A stretch of 64,000 nt of DNA, from the NCBI GenBank assembly GCA_036265385.1, contig DATAPD010000046.1, positions 27,059 to 91,058 on the forward strand. Reading direction: 5' to 3'. This DNA is from Terriglobales bacterium. Lineage in GTDB: Bacteria; Acidobacteriota; Terriglobia; Terriglobales; Acidobacteriaceae. A program made the position numbers and the translations under genes. Below are positions 43,031-52,189 of the stretch, one piece after another. Numbering within the stretch: the stretch's first letter is position 1; every line of letters begins with the position of its first letter. The notes beneath the pieces were generated by a model, which saw only the letters and a list, made by a program, of their open reading frames with translations, was not told the origin of the DNA and ran no database searches.

Positions 43031-43588
43031 CTACTGTACCCGCTTCAAATCAAAGTGGGCGTGGATCGGCTTGTCCTTCATCATGAAGGTCCAATCTTCG
43101 AGATGATGATTGGAGTCGATGATGGTAAAAGTCGAGTGGTGCATATGCTCTTCCATGCTCCCGCTGATGTCCTTGAACTCGAAGTCAACGACCTTGCCGT
43201 CCGGCGACATCTTGCCGGTCATGCGCGGCCGATTGCCGGCGTCGCAATAATGAACGAGCATAACCTCTTGCCCATCCACATAGAACATCGACACTGGATG
43301 GTCGTATTTCGCGGGATCGAGCGGCGTTCCTGCCTCCTGAAACTCGTGCACGAGCGCATTTCCTCTCGAGGTCACGCGCATCGTCACGCGGAGCGGCTTG
43401 CCGTTTGACATCTGGGGCATTTCGGCAACGGTGACCGGCCCTTCCCACTCTCCTGCAAGACTTTTGATGGTCGTAAAAGATTTTTGCGCTTCGGAGGGCG
43501 GAGGAGAAGGGGACTTATGCATGTCGGATTGGGCAAACATGACGACAGAAAACATCAGCAAAGCTGTGACACGGCAGAGAAGCTTCAT
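43031..43588 (-). CDS. Secreted hypothetical protein (possibly DUF1579-like beta-barrel)
   Basis: Start at MKLLCRVTALLMFSVVMFAQS with AAGGAG upstream. It is His-rich and is the first gene of the GntR-ABC operon. The family call is tentative. Confidence 0.45.
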   Translation of the reverse strand: MKLLCRVTALLMFSVVMFAQSDMHKSPSPPPSEAQKSFTTIKSLAGEWEGPVTVAEMPQMSNGKPLRVTMRVTSRGNALVHEFQEAGTPLDPAKYDHPVSMFYVDGQEVMLVHYCDAGNRPRMTGKMSPDGKVVDFEFKDISGSMEEHMHHSTFTIIDSNHHLEDWTFMMKDKPIHAHFDLKRVQ

Positions 43589-43671
43589 TTCTAATCTCCT
43601 TGACTGGATATCGGGGTACTGGATCGAACTGCGCCTTTGCCACAATCAGGGCGTTCGTTGCAGCTGATCGA

Positions 43672-43693
43672 CTGTTATAGTTAACTATAACAG
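43672..43693. promoter_or_regulatory. Perfect 22-bp palindrome CTGTTATAGTTAACTATAACAG (candidate operator)
   Basis: Direct reading. It lies 84-105 nt upstream of the start of the 43588 gene / GntR-ABC operon, in the 490-bp divergent region shared with the giant Kelch gene. Confidence 0.5.
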
Positions 43694-44079
43694 TAGAGAA
43701 ATTGCAAGGGGCAATTAAAAAATCTGAACATCTGCCGAAGAGAGGGAGAACCACCGGTGCGCATTCCACGCAACCAATCCAGAATTGGACCTCGGGTCTT
43801 TGCTCGTGACCTTCAACTTGATCATCACTCTGTGTCCCGCATCGTGTTCACTTAAGTTGCAACTTACTGCAGAACACACCTCCGTATCCTTTTGTTTCCA
43901 CGCCGCGTAAGCCTCAAGCCTGCTTGCCCGTTTGCCGAAATCGCTTCTCCTCGCGCTTTGGCAGACGTTCTGCAATAAAGGATTCGCCTCCCCAAGTTTC
44001 CTTGTCCCCGAAGGTGCCAGCCAGTCCGATCTGTGGCTGGGTTGAAGCGTTCTGCTCAATCTTCCTCCCCGGAGATCCG

Positions 44080-47000
44080 ATGACCGCATTCAAGCGCTTT
44101 TTCATGGCGTCATTGCTCGTTGTGTGCTGTGTTTTCGCACTGACTGCTTCCGTTCCGAATGTGCCGTCCGGCACCTGGCAAGCATGGGGGGACATGAGCG
44201 TGGCCCGGCAAGGCGCCGCCACGGTTCGGCTACAAGATGGAAGACTGCTAATTGTTGGCGGGTCTGATGCGAATGGTCCGCTCGCGAGCGTAGAAATCTT
44301 CGGAAATGATGGCACCTTCAGCAATGCGCAGCCGATGCACGCAGCGCGTACGGGTCATGCCGCGACCATGCTGACGGATGGGCGAGTGCTAGTCAGCGGC
44401 GGTGCCAGCAGCGGTGGCAATGTGACGAATGCCACCGAGATTTACGATCCCGCTTCGGATTCATGGACTGTCGTTGGCGGCGGGATGGTTGATGCGCGCG
44501 CGGGTCACACGGCGAGCTTGCTGTTGGATGGACGAGTCTTCGTCGCTGGAGGACGCGATTCCTCCGGCAACGCACTTTCCAGCACAGAGATTTTCGATCC
44601 GATCATGCAAGGCTTTATCCCCAGCGCGACGATGGGTTCGCCGCGAACGAACCACGCGGCCGCCATGCTGGGCGATGGACGCGTGTTTCTAATTGGAGGT
44701 AGTGATGGCGCAAACACATTGAACTCCGTGGACATTTTTGATCCCGTTGCCGGAACGGTTGCCCCTGGACCAGCTCTGTCTACTCCTCGGTCAGCGGCCA
44801 CTGCCACGACCACATTGGATGGCAAGGTCGTTGTAATCGGCGGCAACAATGAATCCGGAGACCTAGCTTCCATTGAAATCTTCGATCCTTTCGTTGGGAC
44901 GTTTGCGCTTTCATCTGCGAGCCTCACAGCCCCTCGTTCGGGCCACAGGGCTTTCCTGCTACCGAACAACAACGGTGTGCTGATTGTTGGAGGAACATCT
45001 GCAGGAACCGACTTGAGTAGCGCGGACCTTTACCAAACATGGAACGATACCGCGCAAGCGACAGGTGCGATGGCGGGGGCGCGTTCAGGACTGAGCGGAA
45101 GTGCGCTGAACACGGATGGATTACTACTAGCGTTTGGCGGAACTAACGCATCGACAGAGCTGTACGGATTCCCGACGGTGAAAACTGACCAGACGGATTA
45201 CCCTCCGGGAACCCCGGTGACGATCACAGGCAGCGGTTGGCAGCCCGGCGAAACAGTTACCTTGACCTTGGCCGAGTCACCCGATCTGGACACCCATCCG
45301 GTGATGACTGCGGTAGCGGATGCGAATGGTCACATTGTTAATGCCGATTTCGCGCCCGATTTGCATGATCTCGATATCCGGTTCTACCTGACAGCGGTCG
45401 GGAGTGTTTCCGGCCGACAGGCGCAGAACACATTTACTGACGCGAACCGGCAGATCAACATCACCGGGTTCAGTATCAACTCGCCTTCGGGTGCTACCGA
45501 CAACACGATGAACGTGTCGCAGCAGTTCAATGTTCATTTGGTTTACAACGTTTCGGGTGGAAGCTGGACCAATGTCGGGCCAGTGTTGACCGTGCCCACC
45601 GGGTGGAGCAAGAGTGCGGATCCGGCGACCCAGAGTATCTCCAACACAACCAACCGTACCGCGGATTGGACCGTAACTCCGCCTTCAAGCCCAGGCAGCG
45701 GGGCGATTTCGGTTTCTGTGAACGGTACAGTTGCGAATCCCGATAACTGCAACCAATGTCCCGCGACGGGCAGTTTCAATGCGACGGCGGTAAACCCAGC
45801 CTCTCTGAGTATCTCCAGCATGACTGCAGCGAAAACTGTCGGTGGTGGAACGACGGCGAAAACCGGCGATGCAATCACCGTGACAATGGTGGTGGCGAAT
45901 GCTGCAGCGCCGCGCGCGACCGCGAACTCCGTCGCACCCTCATTATTGACGGTGAATGCCTCCGGTGCCACTGGAACGTGCTCTGCGAGTGGAACTGCAG
46001 CCGGGACCATCGCAGCGGGCGGGAATCGAACTTACACGTACAGCTGCACAGTCACGGGCGGCAATGGCACATTGAGCTTCACTGGTTCGGCGGCGGGCAC
46101 CGACGAAAACAGTTTGGCGGCTGTAAGTTCAGGCAGCGCTACAACCAATTCCATCACAATCGACAACGTTGTTCCTGCTCCGCCATCAACGCCCGATCTG
46201 GATCCTGCGAGCGACAGCGGGGCGTTGAACAACGATGACATCACGAACGTTCAGAAGCCCAAGTTCAACGGAACAGCGGAACCGGGCGCGACCATCACCC
46301 TGCTTGTCGATGGAACAGCGAATGGCACAGCTGTTACGGATGGCTCCGGGAATTGGTCGGTAACAGCAGCCAATAACATTACAGATGGCCAGCATTCGAT
46401 CACCGCAACGGCGACGGATGCCGCAAACAACGTTTCGTCGCCCTCGGGGGCGTTAAGCGTCAAGATTGACACGGTCGCGAATCCACCGTCGGCGCCAGAT
46501 CTCGATCCAGCAAGCGACAGCGGCGCACTGAACACGGATAACATCACGAACGTCACGACCCCGAAATTCAACGGCACAGCGGAGCCGAATGCTTCGGTGG
46601 AAGTCTTCCGTGGAGGTTCGACATCTCTCGGAACAACAACCGCCGATAACTCAGGAAACTGGAGTTTGACGGTTGCTTCAGCCTTAGCAGACAACATCTA
46701 CAGCATCACTGCGAAGCAGACCGATGTGGCTGGGAATATTTCGAATGCATCTGGAGCGCTCAGCCTAACTATCGATACAGTGCCGCCGAGTGCCCCATCA
46801 TCGCCAAACCTCAGTTCGAGTGACGACACTGGGATTCTGAACAACGACAACATCACGAATAAAACCAGCAATCTCAATTTCACGGGTTCAGCCGATCCGA
46901 ACATAACCGTGTCTCTGTTTGAGGGCGCAACGCAACTAGGCACAACCACTGCGAACAACGGGTCAGGGAATTGGACCATCGTTGCTCCAGGGCCATTTGC

Positions 47001-50000
47001 GCCTGGGACTCACGTCTTCATTGCGAAAGCGACAGACGTGGCCGGAAATACGAGCACATCAGTTCCGCATACCGTGGTGATTGATACGACCTCCCCAACG
47101 GTCACGATCAACCAGGCCGTGGGACAAGCGGATCCGGCGGTAACAGGCCCCATCAACTTCACTGTTGTATTCAGCGAAGCCGTCACTAATTTCGCGACAG
47201 GGGATGTCACTCTGAGCGGAACGGCCGGCGCGACGACCGCCGTTGTTACCGGCAGCGGAACAACTTATAACGTCAGTGTGAGCGGTATGACGTCATCCGG
47301 CACGGTGATTGCTTCGATCAACGCTGGTGTTGCGACAGACACCGCTGGTAACGGCAACACTGCTTCCACCAGCACTGACAACACTGTGACCTACAACCCC
47401 GACAGTAAAGCACCAATCGTTACGATCAGTTTCGGAGCGCCTGATGGACAAAATGGCTGGTTTGTTCATTCCCCTGTTGCGGGAACTGTCACGGCAAATG
47501 ACACGACAACTGGCAACAGCAATGTCACCGCGATCAGCTGCACGGATGGAGTGAACGCGCTTGCCGTCGGATCTCTTGCCGGAATCGGAACACCGAGCGC
47601 GAGCGGCTCGATCTCTGTTTCTGGCGACGCGACGCATAGCATTTCGTGCGCGGCTACTGACAGTGCGGGAAATACGGGGGCATTTACCGGCTCAACCGTG
47701 ATGCCGGTTGTAGTGAAAATTGATACTCAGGCACCAACTGGCGTAACAGGAAGTGCGGCACGCGCAACTGACCACAACGGTTGGTACAACGCGTCAGTTG
47801 GGATCACCTTCAACGGCACCGATTCCACATCTGATATTGCAAGCTGTACGAGCACCACTTACACAGGGCCCGATTCTGCAACTGCATCGGTGCTCGGACA
47901 TTGCACGGACAATGCTGGCAACACAAGTGCTGATGTAGCTTTCAATTTCAAATTTGATGCGACAGCGCCGACCGGCGTAGCTCTTTCTGTTACAGCTGGA
48001 ACAATGGGAACGAATGGCTGGTACACGAGCGACGTGACTGTGCACACTTCCGGAACGGAAGCTGTCAGCGGTCCCCCAATTTGCACTGCAGATCAGATTC
48101 AGTCGGCGGAGACAATGGGCCAAGTCTTCAATGGGTCTTGCACGAATGATGCGGGATTGTCGGCGAATGCGGCTGCACTGACGGTCAAGCTGGACAAGAC
48201 GCCGCCCTCTGCAAGTCTGGCTGTTTTTGCAGGAACGCTTGGTAATGCCGGCTGGTACATAAGTGATGTAACGGTTCGCGCGTCTGGCTCCGACTCGATC
48301 GCCTCACCTGTAACGTGTACTGCGGATCAATTCCTCACGACAGACAGCACGGGCCATACGTTCGGTGGTTCGTGCACCAACGATGCTGGTCTCACGGCGA
48401 ATGCCACAGATCTAACTGTCAAGCTCGACAAGACAGCGCCTACAGTCCAGATCACACCTTCGCGATCGGCCGATCACAACGGCTGGTACAACCATGGGCT
48501 GTCGTTCACGAATCCTGGAACAGACTCGACATCTGGAATTGCCAGCTGCACGACCCCCGCTGCGTATTCCGCTCCAGACAATGCCAATGCCGTTGTCACT
48601 GCGACCTGTACAGATAACGCGGGGAACGTGGGCAATGGCTCGTTTAACCTCCAGTACGATTCGACTCCTCCTACGAACGTCTCGGGAGCGCCGAATCGTG
48701 CCGCCGATCACAACGGTTGGTACAACCACGCAGTGGATGTCGTGTTCTCTGGGCTGGATGCGACCTCGGGAATCGAGGCTTGCACAAGCACAAACTACAG
48801 TGGACCGGACAGCGTGAGTGCATCAGCCAACGGCCACTGCACTGATAATGCCGGCAACAGTAGCGCTGACGCTGCATCTCCGGCGTTCAAATTTGATTCG
48901 ACTCCGCCGACGGCGACGTCAGTCGTATCCGCGGGTACAGCCGGGACGAATGGTTGGTACACGAGCAACGTGACCGTTCATACGAGCGGCACAGACAACA
49001 TCAGCACTCCGGTGGCGTGCGATGCGGACCAGGTGATTAGTACGGAGACCGCGGGCATCCCAGTGAGTGGCAATTGCACGAACGATGCGGGCTTGTCGGC
49101 TGTGTCGACCGCGATCACCGTGAAGTTGGATAAGACGCCGCCCACAAATGTCTTGCTGACAGCAACAGGCACTGTTGGACTGAACAGTTGGTACACCAGC
49201 GACGTCAGCATCAAGACGACTGGGCAAGAGTCGATCAGCACGCCGCTGGTTTGCACGGCGGATCAAAGTCAAACTACAGATACGATCGGTCAGGCCTTCC
49301 ACGGTTCTTGTACAAACGATGCCGGATTGGCTGCAAACGCGACGGATCTCACGATCAAGCGCGACGCGACTCCTCCGGTTCTCACAGTAACGTTCACGCC
49401 GGATGCCCCAGATGGAAATAATGGCTGGTGGAAGACGCCGGGTGGAGTTCCGTATAACTGGACGTGCAGCGATGTTACGTCTGGAGTTGACGGTTCTTAC
49501 GCCGGTGGATGTCCGACTCCTGCCAGCGGCACGACAACAGCAAACGGGACCACGCACTTTGGTGGACAAATCCGAGATCAGGCAGGGAACTTGAGTGTCA
49601 TGGTTTCGCGCGACCTGAAATTGGACAACGTTGCGCCGGTCGTTACGTGGAATTCGGCAGGTGACACGTGCTCATTGCCGGGCAACTCCGGATGGTGCCG
49701 TGGAACTGAAACGGCAGCATTCACAGCGAGCGATGCGACGTCTGGCCTCGCCAATCTTGCTCAAGCGTCGTTCACGCAATCGACTGGAACGAATGGTGGG
49801 TCCGTTTCGATTGCATCGGGCAGCGTGACCGATCAGGCTGGCAACACCAACTCTGGTGTGAACGCGGGGCCGTACAAGATTGATAGTGTTGCTCCCACAA
49901 TCACGATTAACAATCCGGCGAATGGGTCGAACTTCCTGCTGAACGCTGCCATTCCGGCGAATTACAGTTGCAATGACTCGACGTCCGGAGTCTCGAACTG

Positions 50001-50517
50001 TGCCGGCCCGGTGACGAATGGATCGAATTTCAGCACCAGTCCGGTGGGATCACACACGTTCACGGTGAATGCCACTGACGTGGCGGGTAATCCAGCCACG
50101 CCGGTTAGCTACAACTACAGCGTGCTTTACGCTTCCGGTGGAATGTGTCTCGGCTCACCAGGGCACGCAATCCTGCAACCGATCAACATGGATGGGACCA
50201 GTGTGTTCAAACTGGGCAGCACAGTGCCAACGAAGTTCCGAGTGTGCGATGCCAATGGAGTTTCCATCGGAACCTCGAATGTTGTGGCGCAGTACGGTCT
50301 GACCTCGGCTGCGAACACTCCCAATATCACGGTGGCTGAAGACATTTACTCAACCACTCCAGACACTGCGTTCCGTTGGGACCCGACTGATCAGCAGTGG
50401 ATCTTCAACCAGAGCACCAAGAACAACTCGACGATGAATGCCAAGGGAGTGACATACTTGCTGGCTATCAAATTGAATGATGGCTCATTCATCTACTTCC
50501 AGTACGGTTTGAAATAA
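44080..50517 (+). CDS. Giant (2145 aa) secreted Kelch beta-propeller plus multi-Ig-like repeat surface protein
   Basis: Start at MTAFKRFFMASLLVVCCVFALTAS with GGAG upstream. Six to seven Kelch-like blades carry DGR(V/L)(L/F)(V/I)xGG (aa 35-365). Three DLDPASDSGxLNxDxITN Ig-like modules span aa 700-1005. About 9-10 NGWY/Cys-containing modules span aa 1115-1850. Further Ig-like domains follow. Confidence 0.8.
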   Translation: MTAFKRFFMASLLVVCCVFALTASVPNVPSGTWQAWGDMSVARQGAATVRLQDGRLLIVGGSDANGPLASVEIFGNDGTFSNAQPMHAARTGHAATMLTDGRVLVSGGASSGGNVTNATEIYDPASDSWTVVGGGMVDARAGHTASLLLDGRVFVAGGRDSSGNALSSTEIFDPIMQGFIPSATMGSPRTNHAAAMLGDGRVFLIGGSDGANTLNSVDIFDPVAGTVAPGPALSTPRSAATATTTLDGKVVVIGGNNESGDLASIEIFDPFVGTFALSSASLTAPRSGHRAFLLPNNNGVLIVGGTSAGTDLSSADLYQTWNDTAQATGAMAGARSGLSGSALNTDGLLLAFGGTNASTELYGFPTVKTDQTDYPPGTPVTITGSGWQPGETVTLTLAESPDLDTHPVMTAVADANGHIVNADFAPDLHDLDIRFYLTAVGSVSGRQAQNTFTDANRQINITGFSINSPSGATDNTMNVSQQFNVHLVYNVSGGSWTNVGPVLTVPTGWSKSADPATQSISNTTNRTADWTVTPPSSPGSGAISVSVNGTVANPDNCNQCPATGSFNATAVNPASLSISSMTAAKTVGGGTTAKTGDAITVTMVVANAAAPRATANSVAPSLLTVNASGATGTCSASGTAAGTIAAGGNRTYTYSCTVTGGNGTLSFTGSAAGTDENSLAAVSSGSATTNSITIDNVVPAPPSTPDLDPASDSGALNNDDITNVQKPKFNGTAEPGATITLLVDGTANGTAVTDGSGNWSVTAANNITDGQHSITATATDAANNVSSPSGALSVKIDTVANPPSAPDLDPASDSGALNTDNITNVTTPKFNGTAEPNASVEVFRGGSTSLGTTTADNSGNWSLTVASALADNIYSITAKQTDVAGNISNASGALSLTIDTVPPSAPSSPNLSSSDDTGILNNDNITNKTSNLNFTGSADPNITVSLFEGATQLGTTTANNGSGNWTIVAPGPFAPGTHVFIAKATDVAGNTSTSVPHTVVIDTTSPTVTINQAVGQADPAVTGPINFTVVFSEAVTNFATGDVTLSGTAGATTAVVTGSGTTYNVSVSGMTSSGTVIASINAGVATDTAGNGNTASTSTDNTVTYNPDSKAPIVTISFGAPDGQNGWFVHSPVAGTVTANDTTTGNSNVTAISCTDGVNALAVGSLAGIGTPSASGSISVSGDATHSISCAATDSAGNTGAFTGSTVMPVVVKIDTQAPTGVTGSAARATDHNGWYNASVGITFNGTDSTSDIASCTSTTYTGPDSATASVLGHCTDNAGNTSADVAFNFKFDATAPTGVALSVTAGTMGTNGWYTSDVTVHTSGTEAVSGPPICTADQIQSAETMGQVFNGSCTNDAGLSANAAALTVKLDKTPPSASLAVFAGTLGNAGWYISDVTVRASGSDSIASPVTCTADQFLTTDSTGHTFGGSCTNDAGLTANATDLTVKLDKTAPTVQITPSRSADHNGWYNHGLSFTNPGTDSTSGIASCTTPAAYSAPDNANAVVTATCTDNAGNVGNGSFNLQYDSTPPTNVSGAPNRAADHNGWYNHAVDVVFSGLDATSGIEACTSTNYSGPDSVSASANGHCTDNAGNSSADAASPAFKFDSTPPTATSVVSAGTAGTNGWYTSNVTVHTSGTDNISTPVACDADQVISTETAGIPVSGNCTNDAGLSAVSTAITVKLDKTPPTNVLLTATGTVGLNSWYTSDVSIKTTGQESISTPLVCTADQSQTTDTIGQAFHGSCTNDAGLAANATDLTIKRDATPPVLTVTFTPDAPDGNNGWWKTPGGVPYNWTCSDVTSGVDGSYAGGCPTPASGTTTANGTTHFGGQIRDQAGNLSVMVSRDLKLDNVAPVVTWNSAGDTCSLPGNSGWCRGTETAAFTASDATSGLANLAQASFTQSTGTNGGSVSIASGSVTDQAGNTNSGVNAGPYKIDSVAPTITINNPANGSNFLLNAAIPANYSCNDSTSGVSNCAGPVTNGSNFSTSPVGSHTFTVNATDVAGNPATPVSYNYSVLYASGGMCLGSPGHAILQPINMDGTSVFKLGSTVPTKFRVCDANGVSIGTSNVVAQYGLTSAANTPNITVAEDIYSTTPDTAFRWDPTDQQWIFNQSTKNNSTMNAKGVTYLLAIKLNDGSFIYFQYGLK

Positions 50518-50702
50518 ATAGCGCGGAAAATCAGCCGCGTGAGTTGTGCCCTCCCGTCTCGCGATCCGGAGCCGAGTTCTTCCATGAACCGGCTCCGGGC
50601 GCGATGCTCATGATCGGACTCGCTGACAACCAGCTCCGAAGTACTCCAATCGCTCACCTTTATAATCCCAGCTGATAAAACTCACTTCGACGAAGAGGCC
50701 GT

Positions 50703-51479
50703 ATGGGATATCCCCTGCTTGATTTGAGCGGAAAAACTGCTGTCGTTATCGGAGGAACCAGCGGTATCGGGCTTGCATTAGCGAAAGGTTTGGCGGAGGC
50801 AGGAGCTAATGTTGTTCCGACTGGCCGTCGGGCCGAGCAAGTGCGTGAGGCAGCGGCCGCTGTCGAGAGCGCGGGGAGACGATCGTTGCGGTTAACGTGT
50901 GATGTGGGTGATGAGGCTAGTCTGGAGAAATTCCTCAAAGAGACGTGTGCTGCTTTCGGAAGCGCCGAAATTTTGATCAACTGCGCAGGTCGAACAAAGC
51001 GGACTCCGTCACTCAATGTACCTGATGCGGAGTGGGATGCGATCGTGGATACGAATCTGAAAGGGACCTGGCGCGCTTGCCGGGTGTTCGGCCGCCACAT
51101 GATGGAGCGGCGTTATGGACGCATCATCAACATAGCGTCGCTTGCGTCGTTCGTGGGGCTTTATGAAGTGGCAGCTTACTGCGCCAGCAAAGGAGCTGTG
51201 GCATCGCTGACGCGTGCGTTAGCGGTGGAGTGGGCCAAGTCCGGGATCTGCGTTAACGCAATTGCTCCGGGAGTTTTCCGAACGGATCTGAATGCATCCT
51301 TGTTAGACGGAACTGAACGGGGACGAGAATTTCTTATGCGCACTCCCATGGGACGATTTGGAAAGGTCGAAGAATTAGTGGGTGCGGCAGTTTTTCTAGC
51401 ATCGGACGCGGCGAGCTTTGTGACCGGCCACGTACTGGCTGTGGATGGAGGATTTCTCGCGAGTGGAGTGAATCAGTAA
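50703..51479 (+). CDS. SDR family oxidoreductase (KduD / gluconate 5-dehydrogenase-like)
   Basis: GGTSGIGLALAKGLAEAGA (TGxxxGxG), NAG-type motif, and the YxxxK context (YCASKGAV). Confidence 0.85.
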   Translation: MGYPLLDLSGKTAVVIGGTSGIGLALAKGLAEAGANVVPTGRRAEQVREAAAAVESAGRRSLRLTCDVGDEASLEKFLKETCAAFGSAEILINCAGRTKRTPSLNVPDAEWDAIVDTNLKGTWRACRVFGRHMMERRYGRIINIASLASFVGLYEVAAYCASKGAVASLTRALAVEWAKSGICVNAIAPGVFRTDLNASLLDGTERGREFLMRTPMGRFGKVEELVGAAVFLASDAASFVTGHVLAVDGGFLASGVNQ

Positions 51480-51509
51480 GTCTCGGGGCGTACGGAGATC
51501 TCTGCCGTC

Positions 51510-52172
51510 CTATTTCTTAGTCAGCTTTTGGCGCGCTTCTTTCACCAGCGAGAGAAACTTGCGTGCATTCTCAACGATCACGCTGGCATTGCCAGTTTTC
51601 AATGCATCGGCCTGAACCAATTCTCCGCCTACGCCGAGGGCGGCTGCGCCCGCAAGAATGAAATCGGCGGCAGTGTTTAGATTCACACCACCGGTTGGAA
51701 CGAGCGGTACTTGCGGGAGAGGTCCTTTGAGAGACTTGATGTAAGCTGCTCCACCGACTTGTCCGCATGGGAAAATCTTCACGAGTTCGGAGCCAGCATT
51801 CCACGCAGTGATGACCTCAGTGGGTGTGAGCGCGCCGGCCAGCATCAGCATCCCTTCTTTCTGAGCAAATTCCACTGACGGAACATCAAGGCCGGGGCTG
51901 ACAAGGAATTGAGCGCCTGCATCGACACAATCCTGCGCCATCTTTTTATTTAGTACCGTGCCCGCTCCGATGAGAACGCTCGAGTCCGATGCTTTCCGCA
52001 ATTCACGGATGACATCAAGAGCTCCGGGGACGGTCATTGTGATTTCGACAATTGGAATACCGCCATCACGGACAGCTTGGGCTGCCATCAATGCTTGAGC
52101 TGAGGAAGAAGCTCGCACAACCGGGATCACGCCTATCTCGATGAGTCGTTCTCGAACGTGCTGTTTATCCAT
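51510..52172 (-). CDS. eda: KDPG/KHG aldolase
   Basis: …VIPVVR…IEITM…GAGTVLN…FLVSPG…KIFP…VPTGGVN… is the Eda pattern. Confidence 0.85.
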   Translation of the reverse strand: MDKQHVRERLIEIGVIPVVRASSSAQALMAAQAVRDGGIPIVEITMTVPGALDVIRELRKASDSSVLIGAGTVLNKKMAQDCVDAGAQFLVSPGLDVPSVEFAQKEGMLMLAGALTPTEVITAWNAGSELVKIFPCGQVGGAAYIKSLKGPLPQVPLVPTGGVNLNTAADFILAGAAALGVGGELVQADALKTGNASVIVENARKFLSLVKEARQKLTKK

Positions 52173-52189
52173 AAAAGGTATTTTCGAAA

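Noticed and set aside
42686-43408. 240-aa plus-strand ORF spanning the GntR and secreted-protein genes
   Set aside because: It is antisense to two well-supported minus-strand genes. Its His/Arg-rich composition has no motifs.
44393-50345. Dozens of 60-216-aa ORFs on both strands inside 44-50.5 kb
   Set aside because: All lie within the single 2145-aa Kelch/Ig gene. Its frame is uninterrupted and shows repeated, conserved domain motifs.
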